A DNA stretch of 30,208 nt, taken from contig JAYOYH010000052.1 in the NCBI GenBank assembly GCA_038153405.1, positions 1 through 30,208 on the forward strand, in the 5' to 3' direction. This DNA comes from Gemmatimonadota bacterium (GTDB lineage Bacteria; Latescibacterota; UBA2968; UBA8231). Positions 1-8,466 of this stretch are shown here, one piece after another; the stretch's first letter is position 1, and each line of letters opens with the position of its first letter. A model generated the notes under the pieces. The model was not told the origin of the DNA. It ran no database searches and saw nothing but the letters and a program-made list of their open reading frames with translations. Both the position numbers and the translations under genes were made by a program.

Positions 1-164
1 TATAATATGTAGAGTGCGGATACCGGAAGAGTTTATCTGACTGGGGGCATGCGTACGAAAGAAAAGCACATATTGCCCATAGTTGATTTTTTTTACATTT
101 TAATGGCCTGTCGGATTGTTACAGACCTGCTTTGCGATGGCCACTGCGTTCGATGGGGCAACCT

Positions 165-1271
165 ATGCATACACATATCCTGCTTGCCATATTAGCCGTT
201 TTTTTTATTGGCGATGCCTCGGCCGAGGTCGCAGAAGCGCCAGCCGATTCCGTGCGCAAGTACAAATTCTTGGCCAAGACGGCAAGGGGGCAAAAGGAAT
301 ATGCCGAGGCGCGCTCCTACTACGGCGAGCTCGTGAAGTATAGCCCGCGCGATGTGCAGGCGCACTTTTTCTTGGGCGATATGAATTATCGTCTGCGCGA
401 CTTCGACAGCGCGCGCGCGGCGTTTGAATCGGCTCTGGCCCTGGATTCTCTGCACGTCAACTCGAACTTGCGCCTGTATGCCGTGTATGCTGCCGCGGAC
501 CGAGCCGATGCGGCTGCTCTCTGCTTGGAACGCGTGCTGGTCGTGAAACCGGACGCGGCGGAGCATCGCCGCAAGCTGGCCGACCTGTATCGGCGCGAAG
601 GGGATAGCAAACGGGCGATTGCCCACTACGCCGATTTGCTGGGCGATGGGGTCGACGAAGAACTCTTCGAAATGCTCGCGCTGCTCAACCAGGACATCGG
701 CGATGTAGAAGAAGCGCTGAAATGGCGCAGCAAGCTGCTGGGCGGCGAAGGCGAGGCGATTGACCCCGAAAAGCTAGAGAGCGTGGTCGAGTTGCAGCTG
801 GAGACCGGCGATGTGGAAAGCGCGTTAAAATCGCTGTTCAAGCTAGCGTTGGTCGATTCGACCAATGCCTACTCCTATTACAGTCGGGTCTCGGCCATCG
901 CCGAGGAACGGGGCAACGAGGCGGTGTTGCTAAAGGCGCGCGAGGGCATGGTGCGCGCCAACCCGAAAGACCTGCAAACCGTTGCGCAATTGGTCGAGTG
1001 GAACATCAACCAGGACCAGCTCAACGCGGCGCGCCGACTGCTGGACCGCGTTCTGCTCGGCGGCGGCAACGCGCGTCTGCTCGTCCTAAAGGGCGATTTG
1101 CTGCTGCGCCAAGGGGCTAAAGAAGAGGCGGTCACGGCGTACGAGCGGGCGAAGGCCGATCCGGCCTGGGAGCGCGTGGCTCAGCAGCGCATCTGGCAGA
1201 TCAATCCACCGGAGACCGAAGAGGAGAAACTGAAGCGCGAATTCTTCGGCGGCAAAGACGGCGAGTCCTAA
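165..1271 (+). CDS. Secreted tetratricopeptide-repeat (TPR) protein, first gene of the ExbB/ExbD/TonB operon
   Basis: ORF 132..1271. ATG at 165 gives a signal peptide (MHTHILLAILAVFFIGDASA). Repeated TPR-like helices, e.g. AHFFLGDMNYRLRDFDSARAAFESALALD and LLVLKGDLLLRQGAKEEAVTAYERA. Confidence 0.8.
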   Translation: MHTHILLAILAVFFIGDASAEVAEAPADSVRKYKFLAKTARGQKEYAEARSYYGELVKYSPRDVQAHFFLGDMNYRLRDFDSARAAFESALALDSLHVNSNLRLYAVYAAADRADAAALCLERVLVVKPDAAEHRRKLADLYRREGDSKRAIAHYADLLGDGVDEELFEMLALLNQDIGDVEEALKWRSKLLGGEGEAIDPEKLESVVELQLETGDVESALKSLFKLALVDSTNAYSYYSRVSAIAEERGNEAVLLKAREGMVRANPKDLQTVAQLVEWNINQDQLNAARRLLDRVLLGGGNARLLVLKGDLLLRQGAKEEAVTAYERAKADPAWERVAQQRIWQINPPETEEEKLKREFFGGKDGES

Positions 1272-1338
1272 GCGCACCCACAGGCGAAAAAACCGGGCAC
1301 CCCGCATTGGGGCCTAAAAAATTGTTGAGGGAGAGAAA

Positions 1339-1956
1339 ATGGTTAAGCTTTTTGCAGACGGCGGTTGGGCTATGTGGCCCTTGCTCGTGTTGCTCATCAT
1401 CGGCATCGCCGTGGCAATCGAGCGTCTGATTACGCTATCGCGCGCGGCCATTGACGCCGAGGAATTTTTCAAGGGGCTGGAAAGCGCGCTCAAGAGCGGC
1501 GGTCCCAATATGGCTGCTCAGCACTGCTCGGAAACGCCGGGTCCGGTCGCATCGGTTATTCACGCCGGTCTGTTGCGCATGCATCGGGGCATCGATCACG
1601 TGGAAAAAGCCGTCGACAACTCAGGCGCCGTCGAGATGGCCTTCTTAGAGCGCGGTATGGTCTGGCTATCGACGGTGGCCAACCTGGCACCGATGATTGG
1701 CTTTCTGGGCACGGTGAGCGGTATGATCAACGCCTTTCAGGCGATTAAGACCGCCGGTGACGTCGAGCCATCGATGGTGGCCGGCGGTATTTCCGAAGCG
1801 CTGATCACTACGGCCGCGGGCCTGATCGTCGGCATCATAATTCAGTTTTGTTACAACTTCTTCGCCAACCGCATCGACAAGATTATCGCCGATATGACGG
1901 AGCAGGCGGCGGCCTTTATCGACCTGCTAGCCGAGCGCGAGCACGAAGGGGCCTGA
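1339..1956 (+). CDS. exbB: MotA/TolQ/ExbB proton channel family protein
   Basis: Motifs LSTVANLAPMIGFLGTVSGMI and GGISEALITTAAGL; N-terminal TM segment; SD-like GAGGGAG upstream. Confidence 0.92.
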   Translation: MVKLFADGGWAMWPLLVLLIIGIAVAIERLITLSRAAIDAEEFFKGLESALKSGGPNMAAQHCSETPGPVASVIHAGLLRMHRGIDHVEKAVDNSGAVEMAFLERGMVWLSTVANLAPMIGFLGTVSGMINAFQAIKTAGDVEPSMVAGGISEALITTAAGLIVGIIIQFCYNFFANRIDKIIADMTEQAAAFIDLLAEREHEGA

Positions 1957-1958
1957 GC

Positions 1959-2372
1959 GTGATCAAGAAGCGCGCCAGCCGGGTGTCGCCGGAAATTCCC
2001 ACCGCTTCGATGGCGGATATCGCCTTCCTGCTCATCGTTTTCTTTCTGGTGACGACGACGATGAATCAGGACAAGGGGCTGTCGCTGCATCTGCCGCCCG
2101 TTGGCGAGACCAAAGAAGTGCAGAGCAAAAACATCCTCAACGTGTGGATTAACGCGCGCGACCAGGTGGCTTTTTTTGAAAACGATCAGCTGACGCCCAT
2201 AGCCTCTGGCCAGTTGAAAGCGCAAATTGAAGGACGCCTGACGGAGAATGACAAGCTGATTATTTCGGTCAAGACGGAGCGCGGCGCCACGTATCGCACG
2301 TTCGTCGACGTGCTCGACGACTTGAAGATGGCTGGTGCTACCAAGATCTCGATCGCCAATCCGGAAGAGTAA
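1959..2372 (+). CDS. exbD: ExbD/TolR biopolymer transport protein (copy 1)
   Basis: GTG at 1959, just after the exbB stop. EIPTASMADIAFLLIVFFLVTT carries the conserved TM Asp; C-terminal YRTFVDVLDDLKMAG. Confidence 0.9.
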   Translation: MIKKRASRVSPEIPTASMADIAFLLIVFFLVTTTMNQDKGLSLHLPPVGETKEVQSKNILNVWINARDQVAFFENDQLTPIASGQLKAQIEGRLTENDKLIISVKTERGATYRTFVDVLDDLKMAGATKISIANPEE

Positions 2373-2375
2373 ACA

Positions 2376-2786
2376 GTGCAATTCAACCGCAAGTCCAAAG
2401 TGGGCAGCGTCATACCCACGGCATCGATGGCGGATATATCCTTTCTGCTGCTGGTCTTCTTTATGGTGTCGACCGTATTCGTGCGCTATCGCGGTGTGCC
2501 GGTCGAATTGCCCGAAGCCGAGAAGATTGAAAAGCTGGAGAGTCGGCGCAACGTCCTGCAAATATGGGTCAATAGCGAAGGGACGATCAGCATGGAAGAT
2601 CGCACGATTCCCTTAGGCACCTTGGGACAGCTGGTCCATGCGCGTCTGACGGCCAACCCCCGTCTCATTATCTCGCTGCGCGGCGACAAGGATTCGCAGT
2701 TTGGCGTGATCTCCGACGTCATGGAAGAGCTGCGCAAGGTCGAGGCGCTGCGGGTCAACTTCTCGACGAAACGGGAGGCGGAATAG
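2376..2786 (+). CDS. exbD: ExbD/TolR biopolymer transport protein (copy 2)
   Basis: IPTASMADISFLLLVFFMVST; LRGDKDSQFGVISDVMEELRK. Confidence 0.9.
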   Translation: MQFNRKSKVGSVIPTASMADISFLLLVFFMVSTVFVRYRGVPVELPEAEKIEKLESRRNVLQIWVNSEGTISMEDRTIPLGTLGQLVHARLTANPRLIISLRGDKDSQFGVISDVMEELRKVEALRVNFSTKREAE

Positions 2787-3440
2787 ATGATCCGCGGCAA
2801 GCAACCCGAAGCGAACCTGCGCCTGACCTATCGCAAGCTGCTGTGGAGCTGCGTGGGCATTTCCGTGGTTCTACACGGCTTGCTCTTTGCGCTTTTTCCG
2901 TCCTTTGAGGCAAAGGCCTACGCCAAGTCCGAAGAGCCGATCATCATCCAGTTGGAGGAAATTCCCGAGACTAAGCAGGAGCGCCGCCCGCCGCCGCCGG
3001 CGCGTCCGGTCGTGCCGGTGGCCACCGATGACCCCGATATCGCCGACGACGTGACGATTGAGGATACCGACTTAGACTTGGACCTAGACGATTTTGCGCC
3101 GCCCCCGCCGATGGAAGATTTGGTGGACGACGTCGAGCTCGAGGAAGAGGAAGAAGTCGTCGAATTGTGGAAGGTCGAGAAGCAGCCGGTGCCGACCAAG
3201 CGCGCCGTGCCCGAATACCCGGATATCGCTCGCAAGGCCAATATCACCGGCAAGGTCTTTGTGACGGCGCTGGTCAATAAAGCCGGTAAGGTCGAGGCGA
3301 TTGGCAAGGTCACCGGTCCCGAGGTCTTTCACGAGGCGGCCAAGGCCGCGGCGCTGAAATGGGAATTTGAACCGGCGATACAGAACGACAAGCCCGTCAA
3401 AGTATGGGTGAGTTTGCCGTTTACCTTCCAGCTAAACTAG
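2787..3440 (+). CDS. tonB: Energy transducer TonB
   Basis: TM segment with SVVLH, Pro/acidic linker, TonB_C domain (YPDIARKANITGKV...WEFEPAIQNDKPVKVWVSLPFTFQL). Confidence 0.9.
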   Translation: MIRGKQPEANLRLTYRKLLWSCVGISVVLHGLLFALFPSFEAKAYAKSEEPIIIQLEEIPETKQERRPPPPARPVVPVATDDPDIADDVTIEDTDLDLDLDDFAPPPPMEDLVDDVELEEEEEVVELWKVEKQPVPTKRAVPEYPDIARKANITGKVFVTALVNKAGKVEAIGKVTGPEVFHEAAKAAALKWEFEPAIQNDKPVKVWVSLPFTFQLN

Positions 3441-3443
3441 CGC

Positions 3444-3472
3444 TTGCCATATCGTACTGTTTTTACTATCCT
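3444..3472 (+). promoter_or_regulatory. Putative sigma70 promoter for nrdR
   Basis: TTGCCA (3444-3449), 17-bp spacer, TATCCT (3467-3472). Confidence 0.5.
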
Positions 3473-3584
3473 GTAGTAGCTTATTCCCCTGTGAGAGCGG
3501 ACCACTTTGGCCCTTTCTCGCCCTCCTCCCCAGTGCCAAATTTGAGCGTCGCAGCCGCGGCGCTAGCTGTGGGAGGATTTCTCT

Positions 3585-4037
3585 ATGCGCTGTCCCTATT
3601 GCGATCACGAAGAAGACAAGGTCGTTGACTCGCGTTCGTGCCGAGAGGGCATGGCTATTCGCCGTCGGCGCGAGTGCCTGAACTGCAGCAAGCGCTTCAC
3701 CACCTACGAATACATTGAGAACGTGCCGTTGACCATTATCAAGGCCGACGGGCGCCGCGAGCCGTTTGACCGAGTTAAGCTGCTCGATAAAATACAGCTG
3801 GCCTGCTACAAGACGACCGTGTCGGTCGAGGCGATGGAAGAATTGGTCGACACCGTCGAGACGGATCTGGGCAATCTCAACGAAAAGGAGATCCAGAGTT
3901 CGCAGATCGGCGAGTTGGTCATGAAGCACCTGCGCGACGTCAACGACGTGGCCTACGTGCGCTTTGCCTCCGTCTATCGCCAATTCAAGGACAAGAGCGA
4001 TTTTGTGCGCGAATTGGAGCAACTAACCAATAACTAG
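3585..4037 (+). CDS. nrdR: Transcriptional repressor NrdR
   Basis: CPYC...RRRRECLNC zinc ribbon, ATP cone, AYVRFASVYR motif; SD GGAGG upstream. Confidence 0.97.
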   Translation: MRCPYCDHEEDKVVDSRSCREGMAIRRRRECLNCSKRFTTYEYIENVPLTIIKADGRREPFDRVKLLDKIQLACYKTTVSVEAMEELVDTVETDLGNLNEKEIQSSQIGELVMKHLRDVNDVAYVRFASVYRQFKDKSDFVRELEQLTNN

Positions 4038-4093
4038 TATGTGCTGAACGTGCCCACCGCACTATATTGTGGTCCGGTGCGTGAAAAAACTGC

Positions 4094-4121
4094 TTGACAA
4101 CCTCCGCATACTCTCTATCTT
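4094..4121 (+). promoter_or_regulatory. Putative sigma70 promoter for nrdJ
   Basis: TTGACA (4094-4099), 16-bp spacer, TATCTT (4116-4121), directly upstream of the NrdR boxes. Confidence 0.6.
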
Positions 4122-4129
4122 TGAAAAGC

Positions 4130-4145
4130 ACACAACATCTTGTGT
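4130..4145. promoter_or_regulatory. NrdR box 1
   Basis: ACACAACATCTTGTGT, a near-palindrome matching the NrdR consensus acaCwAtATaTwGtgt. Confidence 0.85.
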
Positions 4146-4159
4146 AATGCGTATGCAGA

Positions 4160-4175
4160 CTGCAAGAGATAGTGT
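4160..4175. promoter_or_regulatory. NrdR box 2
   Basis: CTGCAAGAGATAGTGT, a weaker consensus match starting 30 bp after box 1 (about three helical turns, the usual tandem arrangement). Confidence 0.65.
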
Positions 4176-4291
4176 GTTTGCAGCTGTAGATTTGTAGGCT
4201 CCCCTATACACACCATACATAAAAAGACCAAGTCCCTGCAATCGTTTTCCCCTTTGCAGAAGGGCCTTGTTTTGCCTCTAGGGAGGGCGGA

Positions 4292-6697
4292 ATGGCGTCT
4301 GAAAAAGTAAGCGACAGCTCCGACGCGGCGGCCGGAGTCGCCAATCGCATTGAAGATTTATTGACTCAGCTCGAAGGGCATGGGCTCAAGCGCAATGGCC
4401 ATGACGACCTGCTGGCGCGGGCGGCAGACGCCGAGACTTATTACGGTGACAACGACTTAGCCGTCGACGTGTTGCGCAATAAGTATCTGGCTCCCGGTGA
4501 AGCTGGGCCGCTGCACATTTGGGATCGCATCGCCCGCGCCATGGCCTCCGTCGAAAAGGACAAGGAATACTGGTACGATCGCTTCTTTTCCCTGCTGATG
4601 GACTTCAAGTTCATTCCCGGCGGGCGCGTTATGCACGGGGCTGGACGCGATGAGGCGCGGCGCAAACCGACGCTTTCCAACTGCTACGTCATCCCGATTG
4701 AAGAAGACAGTTTAGAGGGTATTTACCGCTGTTTGAGCGAGTCGGCCATGGTCTACCGCACCGGTGGTGGAGTGGGCACCGACCTGTCGATTCTGCGGCC
4801 GCAGGGCGCGCCGGTCAACGCCACCGTTGACGCCTCGCCGGGGTGCACTGCCTTTATGAACCTGCTCTCGGAAAGCACCAACGCCGTATCGCAGGCCGGT
4901 CGGCGCGGCGCGCTTATGCTGACCTTGCGCGTCGACCATCCCGATATCGAGAGCTTCATAACGATCAAGAACGATGCCAACCGCACAAAGGTGCAGTACG
5001 CCAATATCAGCGTGCTGATCACCCACGAGTTTATGCAGGCGGTGCTAGCTGACTCCGATTTTGATCTGCGCTTTGACGGTCAGGTCTTCCGCACGGTGCG
5101 CGCGCGTGAACTGTGGAACAAGATCATCACCAACGCGCACGCTTCCGCCGAGCCCGGCATCATTTTCTGGGACACCATGCGCGAGTACCACAATGTTGAG
5201 TACGCCAATCCGCTGACCAGTACTAATCCCTGCGGCGAGCAGCCGTTGGCCTCCTACACGGCCTGCAACTTGGGCAACCTGAACCTGATGAAGTTCGTCG
5301 GTGACGACGGTGTCTTCGATCACGAGAGCCTGGCCGACGCCACGCGCGTAGCCACGCGCTTTCTCGACAACGTCATCGAGTACAATATGGAGAGTCACGC
5401 CCTGCCCAAGATTCGCGAGGCCGTGTCGTCCGATCGACGCGTCGGGCTCGGCATCACTGGCATGGCCGACGCGCTGGTGTTGATGAAGAAGGCCTACGAC
5501 TCGGAAGAGGCACTGGAAGTGGTTGGAGAAATCATGCAGACCATCTGCCATAACGCCTACGAGACTTCCATTGACTTGGCCGAAGAGAAGGGCGCGTTCA
5601 CGCTCTACGACTGGAAGGGGATTGCCAAGAGCAAGTTCATCCAGGGGTTGCCAAAGAAGATTCAGAAGCGGATTAAGGAAAAGGGCCTGCGCAACTGCAC
5701 TTTGATTACCATGCCGCCGGTGGGAACGGGGTCCATTGTCGCGCAGACCTCTTCGGGCATCGAGCCCATTTTCTGCACGAGTTACAAGCGGCGCGTCAAG
5801 CAGCACGACGGCGAGACGTTCCGCGAGTACAAGGTTTACCACCCGCTGATCAAGCAGGTCTTTGGCGACGACGAGAACTTGCCGGACTTTGTGCGCACCG
5901 CGCACCAGATCGATCCCTACTTCCGCGTTAGGATGCAGGGAGTTATCCAGAAGTATACGGACAGCAGCATCTCTTCGACGATCAACTTGCCAGAAGACAT
6001 CGACGTCGATACGGTCGCCGATATCTACATCACGGCGTACAAAGAGGGGCTGAAGGGCGTTACAGTCTATCGCGAGGGCAGCCGCGAAGGCATATTGCAG
6101 ACGGATAATCAGGGCAAAAAGAAGGCGGAAGTTGCCGCGCCTGCCGCGCCTGCCGAACCTGCTGCCGATGGGTTCCATCACCGCCGGCGTCGACCCTCTG
6201 TGACGCAGGGCATAACGGAGCGCATTAATACCGGCGAGGGGCGCATCTACGTGACGATCAACGAAGACGAGTTCGGCATCTGCGAAGTCTTCAGCACCAT
6301 CGGCAAGGCCGGTGGCAATGCCGCCGCGCAGTCCGAGGCGATCAGCCGCCTGATCTCGCTGGCTCTGCGCACGGGCGTTGATCCGCACGAAGTCATCAGC
6401 GAGTTGAAGGGCATTTCCGGTCCGAGTCCGGTTTGGGAAAACGGCGAGTTGATCTTGTCGACGCCCGATGCCATCGGCAAGGCGCTAGAGCGGCACGTGC
6501 AGCGCCGAGGCGTACACGGTCGCATTGAGATAATCCCCGAAGTCGCGTCCGTCGAGCCGCAGAGTGCGAGCGCGGAGCCACCGCATAGCGGCGAGAGCGG
6601 GGTCAAGATCACCACTACGTGTCCGGAGTGTGGATCGACCGTCGCCCACGAAAACAGCTGTTTGATGTGCAAGCACTGCGGGTGGTCTAAATGCTGA
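4292..6697 (+). CDS. nrdJ: Class II (adenosylcobalamin-dependent) ribonucleotide reductase with C-terminal TSCPD-like and zinc-ribbon domains
   Basis: LSNCYV, TNPCGEQPL, ACNLGNLNL, DSSISSTINLP, GLKGVTVYREGSR; C-terminal CPECG...CLMCKHCGWSKC. No nrdB neighbour and no N-terminal ATP cone apparent. Confidence 0.93.
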   Translation: MASEKVSDSSDAAAGVANRIEDLLTQLEGHGLKRNGHDDLLARAADAETYYGDNDLAVDVLRNKYLAPGEAGPLHIWDRIARAMASVEKDKEYWYDRFFSLLMDFKFIPGGRVMHGAGRDEARRKPTLSNCYVIPIEEDSLEGIYRCLSESAMVYRTGGGVGTDLSILRPQGAPVNATVDASPGCTAFMNLLSESTNAVSQAGRRGALMLTLRVDHPDIESFITIKNDANRTKVQYANISVLITHEFMQAVLADSDFDLRFDGQVFRTVRARELWNKIITNAHASAEPGIIFWDTMREYHNVEYANPLTSTNPCGEQPLASYTACNLGNLNLMKFVGDDGVFDHESLADATRVATRFLDNVIEYNMESHALPKIREAVSSDRRVGLGITGMADALVLMKKAYDSEEALEVVGEIMQTICHNAYETSIDLAEEKGAFTLYDWKGIAKSKFIQGLPKKIQKRIKEKGLRNCTLITMPPVGTGSIVAQTSSGIEPIFCTSYKRRVKQHDGETFREYKVYHPLIKQVFGDDENLPDFVRTAHQIDPYFRVRMQGVIQKYTDSSISSTINLPEDIDVDTVADIYITAYKEGLKGVTVYREGSREGILQTDNQGKKKAEVAAPAAPAEPAADGFHHRRRRPSVTQGITERINTGEGRIYVTINEDEFGICEVFSTIGKAGGNAAAQSEAISRLISLALRTGVDPHEVISELKGISGPSPVWENGELILSTPDAIGKALERHVQRRGVHGRIEIIPEVASVEPQSASAEPPHSGESGVKITTTCPECGSTVAHENSCLMCKHCGWSKC

Positions 6698-6724
6698 TTT
6701 AGCAGGAGTGCAGTTCAATGAGGC

Positions 6725-6762
6725 GGGGGCGTCGCTGGAGACAGCGGCGCCCTTGTTTTTTT
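6725..6762 (+). terminator. Rho-independent terminator after nrdJ
   Basis: Stem GGGCGTCGCTG / CAGCGGCGCCC with GAGA tetraloop, followed by TTGTTTTTTT. Confidence 0.85.
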
Positions 6763-6780
6763 GGGGGAGCGCAGGCCGCC

Positions 6781-7542
6781 TTAGACGATCGTTTCCAATA
6801 CGAGTCCGTCGTAGGCCAACTCGACGCCATCAGGGAGTATGGCGTTGGTGGCGTGGTGCTCGAGGTCGTGTGCTATATGAGTTAGGTAGGCGCGCTTGGG
6901 TTTGAGTTCTTCGATTACGTCCAGCGCCTGTGCTAGGTTAAAATGCGTCGGATGCGCTTTGTGGCGCAGCGCGTCTAACACGAGGATATCCAGTCCGCGC
7001 AGCCGATCCATACTCTCGTCGGGAATATGGCTGGTGTCGGTGGCGTAGGCGAATTGGCCGATGCGAAAGGCGAGCACCGGCAGGCGGCCGTGATACACGC
7101 TGATCGGCTGGATAGACAGGCCGAATAGGTCGAAATCACCCTCTATCTTTTGCAGCTGAATTTGCGGCGTTGCGCTGGGCGCATTGTCGTCAAAGGCGTA
7201 GTCGAAGACGCGCTCGATGCGGTCGATCGTGCGCTCATCGGCATAGCAGGGCAGCGGCTCTTGGCGATCGAAGCAGTAGCAGCGCACGTCGTCTAGGCCG
7301 TGCAGATGGTCGGCGTGGCCGTGTGTGAAGAGCACGGCGTCGACCCGATTGACGCCGTAAGTCAACGCCTGCGTGCGTAGGTCGGGGCCCGTATCGACTA
7401 GAATGGAGTGGCCGTGCTCTTCCAGATGCAGCGCACAGCGCAGGCGCTTGTTTTTGCCGTCTTGCGATCGGCATACGGAGCAGGTGCAGCCGATGCGCGG
7501 CACGCCGACGGAAGTACCCGTTCCCAAAAAAGTAATTTTCAT
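6781..7542 (-). CDS. MBL-fold metallo-hydrolase, PhnP-like phosphodiesterase family
   Basis: MKITFLGTGTSVGVP..CTCSVC, VDTGPDLRTQ, THGHADHLHG (HxHxDH), YLTHIAH, LAYDG. ATGA overlap with the map stop. Confidence 0.9.
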   Translation of the reverse strand: MKITFLGTGTSVGVPRIGCTCSVCRSQDGKNKRLRCALHLEEHGHSILVDTGPDLRTQALTYGVNRVDAVLFTHGHADHLHGLDDVRCYCFDRQEPLPCYADERTIDRIERVFDYAFDDNAPSATPQIQLQKIEGDFDLFGLSIQPISVYHGRLPVLAFRIGQFAYATDTSHIPDESMDRLRGLDILVLDALRHKAHPTHFNLAQALDVIEELKPKRAYLTHIAHDLEHHATNAILPDGVELAYDGLVLETIV

Positions 7543-8300
7543 GCGGATGGCACGGTCGGTAGAGTGAGGATCTCGGCGCCGTATTCGGTAAGCGCTACGG
7601 TGTGCTCGCAGTGGGCTGTCAGCGTGCGATCGCGCGTTTGCACCGTCCAGCCGTCGTCGTCGTGCTCGACCTCTGGGCTGCCCATGCTGAGAATGGGTTC
7701 GATGCAGAATACGTGGCCGGGTTTGAGGCGCGGTCCCTTGCCGGGATGGCCGTAGTTGTTGATGTGCGGCGACTCGTGCAGCGCGCGACCTATGCCATGG
7801 CCGCCGTACTCGCGAACAATCGAGTAACCCGCTGCTTCGGCATGGGTCTGGATGGCATGTGAAATATCGCCGAGTCGGCCGTCGACGCGCATCTGTTCAA
7901 TGCCTAGTTCCAGGCAGCGGCGCGTCGTATTGATGAGGTCCGATGCCGCACTGCTGATGGCGCCGACGCCGATCGTAAAGGCGCCATCGCCAAAATAGCC
8001 GTCGAGTTCGACGCCGACATCTATGCTGACTATATCGCCGGCTGCCAGCGGAGTGTCGGTCGGGAACCCGTGTACGATCGAGGCGTTTACCGACGCACAG
8101 ATGCTGGCGGGAAAGCCGTGGTATCCTTTGAAGGCGGGCCGGGCTCCGGCCTCGACGATGGCGGCCTCGGCGACGGCATCCAATTGGCGGGTGCTGATGC
8201 CCGGTGCAATGAGGGCTTCGACCTTTTGCTGGACTGCGAAGACAATTTGGCCACAGGTGCGCAGGCATTCAATTTGCGCCGCGCTCTTTCTGTGAATCAA
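7539..8300 (-). CDS. map: Type I methionine aminopeptidase
   Basis: FKGYHGFPASICASVN, VHGFP, SIDVG, GDGAFT, GHGIGRALHE, IEP, AHCEHTV. Likely start is TTG at 8300 (IHRKS..) after a GAGAG SD rather than 8363. Confidence 0.95.
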   Translation of the reverse strand: MIHRKSAAQIECLRTCGQIVFAVQQKVEALIAPGISTRQLDAVAEAAIVEAGARPAFKGYHGFPASICASVNASIVHGFPTDTPLAAGDIVSIDVGVELDGYFGDGAFTIGVGAISSAASDLINTTRRCLELGIEQMRVDGRLGDISHAIQTHAEAAGYSIVREYGGHGIGRALHESPHINNYGHPGKGPRLKPGHVFCIEPILSMGSPEVEHDDDGWTVQTRDRTLTAHCEHTVALTEYGAEILTLPTVPSA

Positions 8301-8369
8301 TGCATTTCTCTCTTGTGAGTGGATTAACCAACCTACAAAAGGGCGTGCGCATCCCTTTGTCAAGGGTTG

Positions 8370-8398
8370 TTGCTATTGTCGGGCATCATGTATATATT
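8370..8398 (+). promoter_or_regulatory. Putative sigma70 promoter for the topA operon
   Basis: TTGCTA (8370-8375), 17-bp spacer, TATATT (8393-8398) in an AT-rich divergent intergenic region. Confidence 0.5.
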
Positions 8399-8466
8399 GA
8401 TGAAACAATCGCTTTATAAACACTATATTATATAAGACCTACAGCAAAGAGTTTGCGGGGGAAGTC

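Noticed and set aside
4057..4073. CACTATATTGTG as a third NrdR box
   Set aside because: The core is two bases shorter than the 16-bp consensus and it lies upstream of the -35; cannot be supported.
4038..4291. Cobalamin riboswitch upstream of nrdJ
   Set aside because: No B12-box or other conserved cobalamin riboswitch elements visible; the promoter and NrdR boxes explain the region.
6134..6160. 9-bp tandem repeat GCCGCGCCT x2 plus GCCGAACCT
   Set aside because: Encodes an ordinary Ala/Pro interdomain linker in NrdJ.
5045..6388. 447-aa antisense ORF inside nrdJ (and similar shadow ORFs across topA, hslU, exbD and nrdR)
   Set aside because: Lies wholly opposite a conserved gene, has no recognizable motifs, and is expected from GC-rich codon bias.
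6692..6721. TGA directly after the terminal Cys of NrdJ as possible selenocysteine
   Set aside because: CGWSKC is a normal NrdJ end, and the downstream hairpin has a U-tract typical of a terminator.
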